64,000 nt of DNA from an uncultured Actinomycetota bacterium (GCA_963818455.1 CAWFSE010000009.1:107325-171324); one strand, 5' to 3'. Shown: positions 11,844 through 23,103, counted from the first letter of the stretch. Notes: generated by a model from the letters alone, not told the origin. Translations and numbers: made by a program.

Positions 11844-13826
11844 TCACGCCCCCCGGCGGGCGACGCGCGCGCGGGCGCGCAGGAAGTCGCGGACGACGAA
11901 CTCGCCGAGCCGCTCGGCCGACGGCGCGAAGACCCGGCCGCCGTTGCGGCGGGCCACCTCGTCCACGAAGCGCCGCAGCCGCGGCTCGTCGCCGAGCATG
12001 AAGAGGTTGAGGGTGGCGCGGCGCCGCGTCATCCGGTCCACCTCGGCCAGGGTGAGCTCGAGCGTCTCGGGGTCCGGCGGCCAGGAGAACCACGGCGTGC
12101 CGTCGCGCAGCAGGTGCGCCGTGGGCTCGCCGTCGGTGACGACGAGGACGACCGGCTCGGCGTCGGGGTGCGACTCGAGGAACCGCCCGGCCAGCATCAG
12201 CGCGTGCTGCAGGTTGGTGCCCTGCACCTCGTCGAACTCCAGGCCGGCCAACCTCGGCCCGGGGATCACCCGGGCCAGCCGGTCGAAGCCGATCACCTGC
12301 AGCGCGTCCTGCGGGTAGCGCGTCTCGACCAGGGTCTGCAGCGCGAGGGCCGTGGTCTTCATCGGGGCCCAGCGGTCGTTCTGCACCATCGAGAACGACA
12401 GGTCGACCAGCAGCGCGACGGCCGCGCGCGACCGCCGCTCGGTCTCGACGACGGCGAAGTCCTCGACCGACAGGGCGACCGCGCCCGACCGCGGCCCGCC
12501 CCGCAGCACGGCGTTGGAGACGGTGCGCACGACGTCGAGCGGCTGCTCGTCGCCGAACTCCCACGGCCGCGACGCCCCGGTCGCGTCCCCGCCGGCGCCC
12601 GCGTCGCGCTGGTCGTGGTCGCCGCCGCGGCGCGCGGAGTCGAGGTCGCCGAAGATGCGGCGCAGCGCGGCCAGGCCCGAGCCGGCGCAGCGCCTTGGGC
12701 GACAGCTCCAGCCGGCCGCCGTCGCGGACGAGGTAGCCCTGCCGCTCCAGCTCGCGCTCGATCTCGCGCAGCCGGCGGACGTCGTCGACGGCCTGCCGGC
12801 CGAGCGCCCGGCGCACGGCCTCCTCGTCGATGTCGGCCAGGTCGGAGCCGTCGGCCCCCTGCCCGAAGGCCTCCTCAAGCGCCTCGAGGTCGGCCAGCTC
12901 GGCGAGCGCCTCGGTCGCGTCGGCGTAGCCGAGGGGCTGGTCGCCGCCCATCGGGGACCGACCGGACCGGCCGGGGCGGAACAGGTCCGGCCGGGTGGCC
13001 CGCAGCCGGTCCTGCAGCCCGGCCATCTCCGCTCCCAGGTCGAGGTCGGCGAAGGCCTGCTCGGCGAGCTGGCCGAGCTCCGCGCGCTGCTCGGGTGACA
13101 GCGAGTCGAGCAGCCGCTGCTGGGCCGCGGCCCGCCGGGCGAGCGACTCGACCAGCTCGTCCAGGGTCTCCGGCCGGTCGGGGAAGAGGTCGCCGTGCTC
13201 GGCCATGAAGGCGTCGAAGTCGTCCTGGGTGTGCTCGCCGCGCGCGTCGGCGTCGAGCATCGCGTTGAGGTCGGCGAGCATCTGCTTGATCCGCGCCATC
13301 GCCTCGGGGTCGTTGCGGCGCCTGCTGCAGCGCGTCGCGCATCCCCTTGAACTGCGCGTCGAGCACCTCGCGCTGCAGCAGCTCGCGGATCTGCTGGTAG
13401 GCCTGCGCCGCGGCCGGGTTGCGCCACGTCGTACGACGCGAGGTCGCGGACCTGCGCGGCGGTCTCCTCGGGCAGCGAGGCGAGCTCGGCCTCGGCCAGC
13501 CGGGCGTCGTCGGAGGGGTCGTACTCCAGCGTGGTCCGCTCGGCGTCGAGGGCCTCGGCCAGCAGCCGGCGCACCTCCTCGAGGGTGCCGTCGAGCCGGC
13601 CGGACCGGCGCAGCTCGCGCTGCCGGCGCCGCGCCAGGGCGCGCAGGTCGTCCAGCCCCCGCCGGCCCTCGGTGCCGCGCCGCAGCATGGAGCGCAGCGC
13701 CTCCAGCGGCGAGGCCCCGGCCAGGACGTCCTCGCCGAGGGCGTCGACGGCCGCGGCCACGTCGGCCGGCGGTCCGAGCGGGTCCGGGCCGCCGTCGTAG
13801 CGGCCGTAGCGGTAGCCGCGCGCCAC
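11844..13826 (-). CDS. von Willebrand factor A (VWA) domain protein, partner of the upstream AAA+ ATPase; at least 3 internal frame breaks
   Basis: C-terminal VWA with MIDAS VDLSFSM and VVLVVTDGEP. The middle part is readable only in ORFs 12875..14236 and 11824..13299 (MARIKQMLADLNAML...). Confidence 0.8.
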   Translation of the reverse strand: MARGYRYGRYDGGPDPLGPPADVAAAVDALGEDVLAGASPLEALRSMLRRGTEGRRGLDDLRALARRRQRELRRSGRLDGTLEEVRRLLAEALDAERTTLEYDPSDDARLAEAELASLPEETAAQVRDLASYDVAQPGRGAGLPADPRAAAARGARRAVQGDARRAAAGAATTPRRWRGSSRCSPTSTRCSTPTRAASTPRTTSTPSWPSTATSSPTGRRPWTSWSSRSPGGPRPSSGCSTRCHPSSARSSASSPSRPSPTSTWERRWPGCRTGCGPPGRTCSAPAGPVGPRWAATSPSATPTRPRRSPSWPTSRRLRRPSGRGPTAPTWPTSTRRPCAGRSAGRPSTTSAGCARSSASWSGRATSSATAAGWSCRPRRCAGSGLAALRRIFGDLDSARRGGDHDQRDAGAGGDATGASRPWEFGDEQPLDVVRTVSNAVLRGGPRSGAVALSVEDFAVVETERRSRAAVALLVDLSFSMVQNDRWAPMKTTALALQTLVETRYPQDALQVIGFDRLARVIPGPRLAGLEFDEVQGTNLQHALMLAGRFLESHPDAEPVVLVVTDGEPTAHLLRDGTPWFSWPPDPETLELTLAEVDRMTRRRATLNLFMLGDEPRLRRFVDEVARRNGGRVFAPSAERLGEFVVRDFLRARARVARRGA

Positions 13827-13833
13827 GGCCGGG

Positions 13834-15267
13834 TCAGCCCGCCGTGTAGCGGACTCGGCCCCCGACGTCGTCCTTGCCGATCCGGCGGGTCAGCCACAGC
13901 CCCTCGAGGGCGAACTCCAGGGCCGCTGCGGCGAACCCCGGGACCTCGACGGACGGCTCCAGGCCGAGCGCGGCCATGATCCGGCCGAGCCCCTCGACCG
14001 GGCCGGCCTCGCTCAGCAGCACGGCGGCGGGGACCAGCTCGCCGGAGACCACGCTGCCGGCATCGTCGAACCGGGCCACCAGCGCGTCGAGGTCGGCGCC
14101 GCCCAGCCGCTCGCGGAACTCCTCGGCGACCGCCCGGCGGAGCAGGTGCTCCAGCACCTCGTACTCGCGGCCCTCCTCGCCGACCTCGAACTCGACCTTG
14201 CCGCGCAGGGCCGGCGCCACCGCCATCAGGTCGCACACCCGGGCCACCGCCGGATCGTCCCCGGTGATGGCGGCCCGCCGAAGCGCGGACGCCGCGGCGG
14301 TCTCCGCGCCGGCGACCGCGAACCGCGCGGACACGCCGCTGCGCTGGTCGACCGCCGGCGACTCGCGGACCATCCGGGTGAAGCGGGCCAGCACCTCCAG
14401 CAGATGCCGCGGGACGACGGCCGCCAGTCGCGCCTCCTGCTCGACCAGCGCGACCTCGTCGGCCAGCTCAAGCGGGTAGTGGGTGCGGATCTCGGCGCCG
14501 AACCGGTCCTTGAGCGGGGTGATGATCCGGCCGCGGTTGGTGTAGTCCTCGGGGTTGGCGCTGGCCACGAGCAGCAGGTCGAGCGGCAGCCGCAGCTGGT
14601 AGCCGCGCACCTGCACGTCGCGCTCCTCCAGCACGTTGAGCAGCGACACCTGGATCCGCTCGGCCAGGTCGGGCAGCTCGTTGACCGCGAAGATGCCGCG
14701 GTTGGTGCGGGGCACCAGCCCGTAGTGGACCGTCTCGGGGTCGCCCAGCGAGCGGCCCTCGGCCACCTTGATCGGGTCCACGTCGCCGATCAGGTCGCCG
14801 ACGCTGGTGTCCGGGGTCGCGAGCTTCTCGCCGTAGCGCAGCGAGCGGTGCAGCCAGCCGATCGGCGTCTCGGCGCCGTGCTCGGCGACCTGGCGCCGAC
14901 CCCACGGCGTGATCGGCGAGTACGGGTGCTCGTTGATCTCGGTCCCGGCGAGGACGGGCACCCACTCGTCGAGCAGCCCGACGAGCGTGCGGATCAGCCG
15001 GGTCTTGCCCTGGCCGCGTTCGCCCAGCAGCACGAAGTCGTGCCCGGCCAGCAGCGCCCGCTCGACCTCGGGACGGACCGTGTCGTCGAAGCCGACGATG
15101 CCGGGCAGCGGGTCGAGCCCCTCGCGCAGCCGGGCCACCAGGTTGTCGCGCAGCTCGTCCTTCACCGAGCGGAGCTGGTGGCCGGACGCGCGCAGCGCGC
15201 CCAGCGTGGCGGGGAGGTCGGCGGGCGGGTTGGGCGGGAGCGCGGCGGTCGTGCTGTGGGTGTCCAC
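13834..15267 (-). CDS. ChlI/BchI-type (Mg-chelatase-like) AAA+ ATPase
   Basis: In-frame GTG at complement 15265-15267 in ORF 13834..16368, 477 aa, no frame break. Walker A GERGQGKT, Walker B IFAVNELPDL, sensor region ASANPEDYTNRGRIITPLKDRF. Confidence 0.85.
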   Translation of the reverse strand: MDTHSTTAALPPNPPADLPATLGALRASGHQLRSVKDELRDNLVARLREGLDPLPGIVGFDDTVRPEVERALLAGHDFVLLGERGQGKTRLIRTLVGLLDEWVPVLAGTEINEHPYSPITPWGRRQVAEHGAETPIGWLHRSLRYGEKLATPDTSVGDLIGDVDPIKVAEGRSLGDPETVHYGLVPRTNRGIFAVNELPDLAERIQVSLLNVLEERDVQVRGYQLRLPLDLLLVASANPEDYTNRGRIITPLKDRFGAEIRTHYPLELADEVALVEQEARLAAVVPRHLLEVLARFTRMVRESPAVDQRSGVSARFAVAGAETAAASALRRAAITGDDPAVARVCDLMAVAPALRGKVEFEVGEEGREYEVLEHLLRRAVAEEFRERLGGADLDALVARFDDAGSVVSGELVPAAVLLSEAGPVEGLGRIMAALGLEPSVEVPGFAAAALEFALEGLWLTRRIGKDDVGGRVRYTAG

Positions 15268-15388
15268 CCCAGGACCGTACGACGAGGGTGGCCCGGACGC
15301 ACCCCGCCGCCGCAGCCGCGGTGCTGTCGGCGAAGTTCGCCCGAAGGGGGGGCGCGGCGGGGCGGCCTCCTCAGGCAAGATCAATGCC

Positions 15389-16603
15389 ATGGCGCGCGCT
15401 GGATCCGGTTTCGCGGCCGGCCCCGATCTGACGCGGGCGGCCGAGGAGGCCGCGCGGGAGGCGCTGGTCGGACTCGGCGGGGCCGGAGCCGACCTGGTGG
15501 TCGCCTTCGCCTCCGGCCCGGATCCCGACCTCGCCGGCGCGGCCCTCGCCCGTGCGGCCGAGGCGGTGGGGGCTCCGATGAGCATCGGGTGCACGGCCGC
15601 GGGCGTCTTCGCGTCGGGCCGCAGCGTCGAGCAGGGCCCCGGGGTGGCGGTCTGGGCCGCCGAGCTGCCCGGGGTGCGGCTGCGCTCGTACCACCTGGAG
15701 ACGCTGCGGACGGGCGAGTCGCTCGCCGTGCTGGGGATGCCGGTCCTGGACGACTCCGACAGCGTCGGGCTGCTGCTCGCCGACCCGTACTCGTTCCCGA
15801 TCGATGGCTTCGTGGAGCGCTCGACGGTGTCGCTGCGGGGGCTGCCGCTGGTGGGCGGGCTGGCCTCCGGCGGTGAGCGGGCCGGCGACACCCGGCTGCT
15901 GCTCGACGGCCGGATCGTGGCCCGGGGCGCGGTGGGGGTGGTCCTGGGCGGCCGGGCCGGCGGAGGCCCGCTCGCCGGGGTCCGCGCGCTGGTCTCGCAG
16001 GGGTGCCGGCCGGTCGGACCGCCGATGACCGTCACCGCGGCCGAGGGCAACCAGATCCTCGGCCTGGCGGGGCGGCCGGCGCTGGCCAAGCTGCGCACGG
16101 TCATCGACGGGCTGGAGCCCGAGGACCAGGCGCTCGCCTCCGGCGGCGGGCTCCACGTCGGCCTCGCGATGGACGAGTACACCGACACGCACAGCATGGG
16201 CGACTTCCTGGTGCGGGGGATCGTCGGAGTGGACCAGGAGACGCAGTCGATCGCGGTGGGCGACGTGGTGACGGTGGGCCGCACGGTGCAGTTCCAGGTC
16301 CGCGACGCCGACGTGGCCGACGCCGACCTGGCCAGCCTGCTGTGGGACTTCCGCCGCCGGGGCGGCATCGACCCGCTCGCCGGCGCGCTCGTCTTCTCCT
16401 GCGACGGCCGCGGGCCGCAGTTCTTCTCCGACCCGGGCCACGACGCCCGGGTGGTGCGCGAGCAGCTCGGCGTCGAGGGGGTGGCCGGCTTCTACGGCGC
16501 CGGCGAGATCGGCCCCGTCGGCGGACGCAACCACCTGCACGGGTGGACCGCGTCGGTGCTCGTCGTCGGCGAGCCGGCCGTCGTGCCCGCGTCCGGGGGC
16601 TAG
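15389..16603 (+). CDS. FIST (N+C) domain sensory protein
   Basis: In-frame ATG 15389 within ORF 14909..16603, 404 aa, intact; typical FIST_C end ALVFSCDGRG...GFYGAGEIGP. Confidence 0.75.
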   Translation: MARAGSGFAAGPDLTRAAEEAAREALVGLGGAGADLVVAFASGPDPDLAGAALARAAEAVGAPMSIGCTAAGVFASGRSVEQGPGVAVWAAELPGVRLRSYHLETLRTGESLAVLGMPVLDDSDSVGLLLADPYSFPIDGFVERSTVSLRGLPLVGGLASGGERAGDTRLLLDGRIVARGAVGVVLGGRAGGGPLAGVRALVSQGCRPVGPPMTVTAAEGNQILGLAGRPALAKLRTVIDGLEPEDQALASGGGLHVGLAMDEYTDTHSMGDFLVRGIVGVDQETQSIAVGDVVTVGRTVQFQVRDADVADADLASLLWDFRRRGGIDPLAGALVFSCDGRGPQFFSDPGHDARVVREQLGVEGVAGFYGAGEIGPVGGRNHLHGWTASVLVVGEPAVVPASGG

Positions 16604-16609
16604 CCGCCG

Positions 16610-17556
16610 GTGGACGCGGTGCTCGCCCTCGACATCGGGGGGACCAAGATGGCGGCGGCCGTGGTGCGGGGCGATGGGTCGCTGGCCGGGCCGCGCGTCG
16701 TGCGGCCGACCCCTCCGCAGGGCGGCGCCGAGGAGCTCTGGGCCACCGTCGAGGCGGTGCTGGACGACGCGGTGCGGGCCGCCCCGGACGCCGGCCCGAT
16801 CGCCGGCGTGGGCGCGGGGTGCGGCGGCCCGATGACCTGGCCGGCCGGCGCGGTCTCGCCGCTCAACATCCCCGGGTGGCGCGGCTTCCCGCTGCGGGCC
16901 CGGTTGCAGGCACGGCTACCCCGGGCTGCCCGTTCGGCTGCACAACGACGCGATCTGCCTGGCGGTGGCCGAGCACTGGCGGGGCCGCGGGCGCGGCCAC
17001 GGCTCGCTGCTCGGGCTGGTCGTCTCGACCGGGGTCGGCGGCGGGCTCGTGCTCGGCGGCCGGCTGATCGACGGCGCGACGGGCAACGCCGGCCACATCG
17101 GGCACGTCGTGGTGGACCCGGTCGGGCCGGACTGCGCGTGCGGCGGGCGCGGCTGCCTCGAGGCGATCGCCGCCGGCCCCCGGCTGGCGCAGTGGGCCCA
17201 GGACCAGGGCTGGCGCCGCCTCGGCGCCGGCGCCGGACGCCCGCGCGCTGGCCGACGACGCGCGGGCGGGTGACCCGATCGCCGTGGCGGCGTACGCCCG
17301 GGCCGGCTGGGCCCTCGGCGTCGCGATCGCGTCCGCGGTCTCGCTGCTCGACGTGGACGCCGTCGTGGTGGGCGGCGGCCTGTCGCAGGCCGGCCCGCTG
17401 CTGTTCGAGCCGCTGCGCGCCGCGTACGCCGACCACGCCGGGCTCGACTTCGCCCGCGACGTCCCGATCGACGCGCCGCTGCTCGGCCAGGAGGCCGGGG
17501 TCGTCGGCGCCGCGGCCCTGCTGCTGGCGGGGACTGCCTACTGGTCGGCGGGCTGA
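16610..17556 (+). CDS. ROK-family sugar kinase/regulator, two frame breaks (about 16925 and 17235)
   Basis: LALDIGGTK (ORF 16610..18076), GNAGHIGH and Zn motif CACGGRGCLEA (ORF 16965..17273), C-terminus in ORF 17284..17556. Length is 3n+2. Confidence 0.8.
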
Positions 17557-19118
17557 GGCGCGCGGGCCATCTCCGCCAGGACGTCGTCGGCGCTGCGCAG
17601 CGGGCGCTCCGGCAGGAACCACGCCAGCACGAAGGCGATCAGGCAGACGGGCACGGCCCACAGGAAGACCTGGTCGAGGGACGCGACGAACGCCTCGCGG
17701 ACCGCGTCGCGGATCTCCGGCGGCAGCGCGGCGATCTTCTCGGGCGAGCCGGTCAGCGAGCCGGCCGGGATCTGGTCGCGGAGGGCCGGCGGGATGGCCT
17801 CCAGGAGCCGCGTGGCCAGCGAGGCCGACAGGATCGCGCCGAAGACGGCCACGCCGAAGGAGCCGCCGACCTGGCGGAAGAAGGTGGAGCCCGAGGTCGC
17901 CACGCCGATGTCGCGCGGCTGCGAGGAGTTCTGCACCGCCAGCACGAGCACCTGGATCACGTTGCCGAGGCCCAGGCCCAGGAGCAGCATCCCGAGCGCG
18001 ACCTGCGAGTACGGGGTGTCGACCTCGGACTTGGACAGCACGAACATGCCGAGGGCGGCCAGCCCGGTGCCGATGATCGGGAACATCCGGTAGCGGCCGA
18101 TCCGGCTGATGATCCGGCCGCTGGTGATCGAGGCCACCAGCAGGCCGAGCATCAGCGGCAGCATCTGCAGGCCCGCCTCGGTGGGGGTCGCGCCGCGGGC
18201 GATCTGCAGGTAGACCGGCAGGTAGACGATCCCGCCGAACATCGCGAAGCCCATGACGAAGCCGACCGCCGCGGCGACCCGGAAGACCGGGTTGGCGAAC
18301 AGCCGCATCGGCACGATCGGCTCGGGCGCGCGGCGCTCCCAGAGCACGAACCAGACGAGCAGCGCCACCCCTGCGAACACCAGCCCGATGATCTGCGGGG
18401 AGATGCCAGTCGTAGCGCCGGCCGCCCCACTCGGCGACGAGCAGCAGCGAGCACACGCCCAGGACCATGAGCACGGCGCCGCGGTAGTCGATGATCGGGT
18501 TGGCGTCCCGCTTGGGGATCTTGAGCACCGCCCCGAGCACGAAGAGGACGGCCACGCCGAGCGGCAGGTTGATGTAGAAGATCCAGCGCCAGGACAGCTG
18601 CTCGACGAAGAAGCCGCCGATCAGCGGCCCGAGCACGGACGCGACCGCCGAAGACCGCGCCGAAGAGGCCCTGGTACTTGCCGCGCGATGGCCGGCGGGA
18701 TGATGTCGGCGATCACCGCCATCGACAGCACCATCAGGCCGCCGCCGCCGAGGCCCTGGATGCCGCGGAAGAGGATCAGCTGCCACATCTCCTGGGCCGC
18801 GCCGGAGAGCATCGAGCCGACCAGGAAGATGACGACGGCCGACTGCAGCACCGGCTTGCGGCCGTACAGGTCGGAGATCTTGCCCCACAGCGGGGTGGTC
18901 GCGGTCGCGGCGAGCAGGTACGCGGTGACGACCCAGGAGATCTGCTCGAGCCCGCCGAGCTCGCCGACGATCGTCGGCAGCGCGGTCGACACGATCGTCT
19001 GGTCGAGCGCCGACAGCAGGGTCGTCATCATCAGGGCGCCGATGACGATGTACAGCGGGCGGCCGGTGAGGAACAGCGACTCCGGCGCCTCGCTCTCGGG
19101 GGCGGGCTCGGCGCTCAT
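17538..19118 (-). CDS. DHA2 (EmrB/QacA-type, 14-TM) MFS efflux transporter, about 3 frame breaks
   Basis: N-terminus in ORF 18621..19118 (LWGKISDLYGRK), middle in ORF 16600..18888 (FFVEQLSWRWIFYINLPLG), C-terminal 280 aa in ORF 17538..18380. Confidence 0.8.
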
Positions 19119-19594
19119 GCGGGGTCTCCAGGGGCGGGGCGGGCGCCGCAGTGCTCGGCGGCCAGGTCGTCGGCCAGCCGGCGCAGCAGCCGGGCCAGGG
19201 TGTCGCGGTCTGCGGGGGACCAGCGGTCCAGCACCGGGCTGAGCGCCGCGATTCGGTTGTCGAGCACCTCGCCGACGGCGGACTCGCCCTCGGCGGTCAT
19301 CTCGAAGCGCGCCGCGCGCCCGTCGTCAGGGTCGGCGGAGCGGCGGACCAGCCCGCGCTCCTCAAGCTCGCGCAGATGGCGGCTGACCGTCGACAGGTCG
19401 AGCCGGGCGGCCGTGGCGACCGCAGACGGCCGGGCCGGGCCCATGGCCTGGACGAGGTAGAGCAGGCGCACGGCGCCGGTGTCGACCGGGTCGCGCTCCT
19501 GGAAGCGGCGGGCGTGGGTCGCCACGTCGTACAGCGAGGACACCAGGTCGCGCTGCTGCGCCGAAGTCGAGGCCCGCGAGGTCGTTGCTTGCAT
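19115..19594 (-). CDS. MarR-family transcriptional regulator
   Basis: ATG at complement 19592-19594 in ORF 19115..21025; winged-HTH LDLSTVSRHLRELEERGLVRRSADPDDGRA; its stop overlaps the MFS start by 4 bp (ATGA). Confidence 0.85.
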   Translation of the reverse strand: MQATTSRASTSAQQRDLVSSLYDVATHARRFQERDPVDTGAVRLLYLVQAMGPARPSAVATAARLDLSTVSRHLRELEERGLVRRSADPDDGRAARFEMTAEGESAVGEVLDNRIAALSPVLDRWSPADRDTLARLLRRLADDLAAEHCGARPAPGDPA

Positions 19595-19620
19595 CAGGCA
19601 ACTATAAGTGCCCGCGGCGC

Positions 19621-21009
19621 TCAGCGCAAGCGGAGCGTCGCGGGCAGCCCGCCGCGCGGGCGCAGGGTGACCCCGGCGTCCTCGTCCTCCGGCCAGTCCG
19701 GGTCGACGGCGGGGGCCCAGCGCCGGGCCAGCGTCGCGAGCACGAGGACCGCCTCGGTCCAGGCGAAGTCCTCGCCGATGCAGACCCGCGAGCCGAGCCC
19801 GAACGGGAACCAGGCCCCGCGGGGCTGCCCGGGCGCCTGCTCGGAGAAGGCCCCGTCGGCGTCCAGCCAGCGGGTGGGGGTGAAGGAGGCCGCGTCGGCC
19901 CAGTAGCGCGGATCGCGGTGCAGGACCCACTGGCTGGCCAGGCAGATCGACCCGGCCGGCAGCAGCCAGCCGCCGGCCTCGGGGCCGACCTGCACGTCGG
20001 CGAGCAGCCGGCGGCCGATCGTCCAGGCGGGCGGGTGCAGCCGCAGCGACTCGGCGATGACGGCGCGGGTGCGCGGCAGGGCCGGCAGGTCGCCGAAGGC
20101 GAGGCGCCGGTCGGGGAGGGCGTCCACCTCGTCGTGCAGCCAGGCGGCCTGGTCGGGGTGCTGGGACAGGTGGCAGAACGCCCAGGCCAGCGCGTTCGCC
20201 GTGGTCTCGTGCCCGGCGAGCACGAGCGTCATCACCTCGTCGCGGATCTGCCGGTCGCTCATCCCGGCGCCCTCGTCGCGGGCCGCGAGCAGCATCGACA
20301 GCACATCGCCGGTGTCGCCGGCGGCGCGGTGCTCGTCGATGAGCCGCCAGACGATCGCGTCGAGCCGCTCGATCGCCGCGCGGGTGCGCCGCCGGCTCGG
20401 CAGCGGCAGCCGGTCCAGCAGCGCCGCCCCGGGAAGCAGCTGCTGGCGGAAGCCGCCGATCACCGCGGTCAGGGCGTCGCCCACCTCGCCGGCGTCGCCC
20501 TTGAGGTCGGCGCCGAAGAGGGTGCGCCCGACGATGTCGAGGGTGAGCGCCGACAGGTCCTCGGCCAGGTCGAGGTGCTGGCCGTCCACCCATCCCTGGC
20601 CGTGCTCCTCGGCGGCCGCGGCCATCTGCTCGGCGTAGTGGGCGATCCGGGTGTGGTGGAAGGCCGGCTGGACCAGCAGGCGCTGCCGCCGGTGCAGCTC
20701 GCCCTCGCTGGTCAGCAGCCCCTCGCCGAGCAGCGGCTTGGCCCGTTGCAGCGCCCGGCCCTTCATGGTGTCTCTGCCGTGGGTCACGAAGATCAGCCGG
20801 ACCAGGTCGGCGTCGCCGACGATGTACGCGTGCTCGCCGGCCACCCGGATGTGGGCGAGGCCGCCGTACGCGCGCACGGTCTCCTCCAGGAAGCGGTGCG
20901 GCGGCCGGCGCTGGGCGAGCAGCGCGCCGAAGGCCTGCCGGGCGGGCGGGCCGGGCGGCCGCGCCGGGGAGCCGCGGCGGGGGGAGCGGGAGACTGCCCC
21001 GAGAGCCAT
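19621..21009 (-). CDS. cytochrome P450
   Basis: 462 aa, intact; I-helix AGHETT, ExxR (ESLRL), heme loop FPFGLGSRVCIG. Confidence 0.9.
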   Translation of the reverse strand: MALGAVSRSPRRGSPARPPGPPARQAFGALLAQRRPPHRFLEETVRAYGGLAHIRVAGEHAYIVGDADLVRLIFVTHGRDTMKGRALQRAKPLLGEGLLTSEGELHRRQRLLVQPAFHHTRIAHYAEQMAAAAEEHGQGWVDGQHLDLAEDLSALTLDIVGRTLFGADLKGDAGEVGDALTAVIGGFRQQLLPGAALLDRLPLPSRRRTRAAIERLDAIVWRLIDEHRAAGDTGDVLSMLLAARDEGAGMSDRQIRDEVMTLVLAGHETTANALAWAFCHLSQHPDQAAWLHDEVDALPDRRLAFGDLPALPRTRAVIAESLRLHPPAWTIGRRLLADVQVGPEAGGWLLPAGSICLASQWVLHRDPRYWADAASFTPTRWLDADGAFSEQAPGQPRGAWFPFGLGSRVCIGEDFAWTEAVLVLATLARRWAPAVDPDWPEDEDAGVTLRPRGGLPATLRLR

Positions 21010-21042
21010 ACCCCCAGCGTCGCACGGCGCCACACTCGCGTC

Positions 21043-22247
21043 ATGCCGACGCTGCAGGACGTCCAGGCCGCCCGCGAGCTGCTGCGCGGGGTGGCGCGGG
21101 TGACCCCGCTGGAGGGCTCGCGCCCGCTCTCGGAGCGGGTCGGCGGCCCGGTCCACCTCAAGTGCGAGAACCTCCAGCGCGCCGGGTCGTTCAAGATCCG
21201 CGGTGCGTACACGCGCATCGCCGGGCTGTCGGCCGAGGAGCGGGCCCGCGGCGTGGTCGCGGCGAGCGCCGGCAACCACGCGCAGGGCGTCGCGCTGGCC
21301 GCCTCGCTGCTGGGCTGCACCGCCACCGTCTTCATGCCCGAGGAGGCGCCGATCCCCAAGGTCGCCGCGACCCGGGCGTACGGCGCCGAGGTCCGCTTCA
21401 GCGGGCACACGATCGACGTGGCGCTCGACGCGGCGCGCGCGTACGCCGAGCAGACCGGCGCGGTGCTGATCCACCCGTTCGACCACGCCGGATGTCGTCG
21501 CGGGCCAGGGCACGGTCGGCCTGGAGATCCTCGAGCAGTGCCCCGACGTGCGGACGATCGTCGTGTGCACCGGCGGCGGCGGGCTGGTCGCCGGGGTCGC
21601 GCTGGCGGTCAAGGCGCTGCGCCCCGATGTCGTCGTGGTGGGGGCGCAGGCGGAGGGCGCGGCCTCGTACGCCCCGTCCCTCGCGGCGGGGCATCCGATC
21701 CGGCTCGAGAAGATGGCGACGATGGCCGACGGGATCGCGGTCGGGCAGCCCGGCGAGGTGCCGTTCGCCTTGGTCCGCGAGCACGTCGACCGCATCGTCA
21801 CGGTCTCCGAGGCGTCGCTGTCCCGGGCCCTGCTGCTCGCGCTCGAGCGGGCCAAGCTGGTGGTGGAGCCGGCCGGGGTCGCGGCGATGGCCGCGGTGCT
21901 GGACGACCCGGCGGCCTTCGAGCCGCCGGTGGTCGTGGTGCTGTCCGGCGGCAACATCGACCCGCTGCTGCTGCTGCGGGTGCTGAGGTACGGCATGACC
22001 GCGGCCGGGCGCTACCTGTCGCTGCGGGTGCGGATCCCGGACAAGCCCGGCAACCTCGCGGTGCTGCTGGCGGCGGTGGGCGGCTCCGGCGCGAACGTGG
22101 TCGAGGTCGAGCACATGCGCACCGAGCCGGGGATCGCCGTCGACGAGGTCGAGGTGGCGCTGCAGCTCGAGACCCAGGGCCCGCAGCACACCGCCGACGT
22201 GGTCGTCCACCTGCAGGCGCTTGGGTTACGCGCTCCGGACTGCCTGA
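21043..22247 (+). CDS. ilvA: threonine ammonia-lyase (threonine dehydratase), two single-base insertions (21487 and about 22222)
   Basis: PLP-lysine GSFKIRGA and SAGNHAQG (ORF 19585..22260); remainder with the ACT-like regulatory domain in ORF 21548..22306. The probable natural end ...LGYALRTA-stop is reached only in a third frame. Confidence 0.85.
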
Positions 22248-22298
22248 AACGGCAAACTGAGGTTGACAATCCAGTAACTTGCGTTTCACACTTCAAGC

Positions 22299-23103
22299 AT
22301 GACTGATGACCTGCGTGAATTGCTGACCAAGGTGGCCGCCGGCGAGGTCGACCCCGCCGAGGCCGCCCGCCTCATCGATGGCGAGGCGATCCCGACCAGC
22401 TCCTGGGGCGGGGCCCCCGCCGCCGCAGCCGAGGAGGCCGGCGAGCCGGCCGCGGCCGCCACCGCCGTCGAGGCCGCGGTGACCGCCGTCGAGATCCGCG
22501 CCGAGGGCGTCCAGCTGCGGGTGATCGCCGACCACGGCATCACCGGGGCGGTCGCCGAGGGCCCGCACACCGCCGAGCTGGTCGGCGGGGTGCTGCGGGT
22601 GCGGGTGCCCGGACGCCGACGGGCTGGGCTTCTACTTCGGCCGGATCAAGCAGGGCTGGATCCGGCCGACCCGGGTCGACGTCCGGGTGCGCCCCGACCT
22701 GCCCGTCTCGGTCGACGCGATCGCCTGCGACGTGCAGGTGTCCGGGCTCACCGGCCCCCTCGACCTGCGCGCGTCGGCCTCGTCGGCCAAGGTGCGCGAC
22801 CAGCGCGGCGCCTTCGCCGCGGCGGTGACCACGTCCAAGCTGGACGTCGAGGCGAGTGCTGGTCGCGGGCGACTCCACGGTCCGCGCCGAGCTGTCGTCG
22901 GCCCTGGTGCGGCTGCTGCCCGGGATCCGATGTCGCCGTCACGGCCTCGGGTGAGATGTCGTCCGCCCAGGTCACCGGGGCGGGCTGCCACGCCGAAGTC
23001 GCAGCAGGGCACCGGGGAGCGCCAGACCGGTGTCGTGGGCCAGGGCGCCGCGTCGCTGGACGTCACCGGGCGCGGGTCGGCGCTCAAGGTCGAGCTGCCG
23101 TGA
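22299..23103 (+). CDS. SHOCT-like N-terminus plus DUF4097-like beta-helical (putative adhesin fold) protein, at least 3 frame breaks
   Basis: MTDDLRELLTKVAAGEVDPAEAARLIDGE, then repetitive V-x-V-x-G beta-strand units spread over ORFs 22299..23480 and 22687..23103; the family call is by pattern only. Confidence 0.5.
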
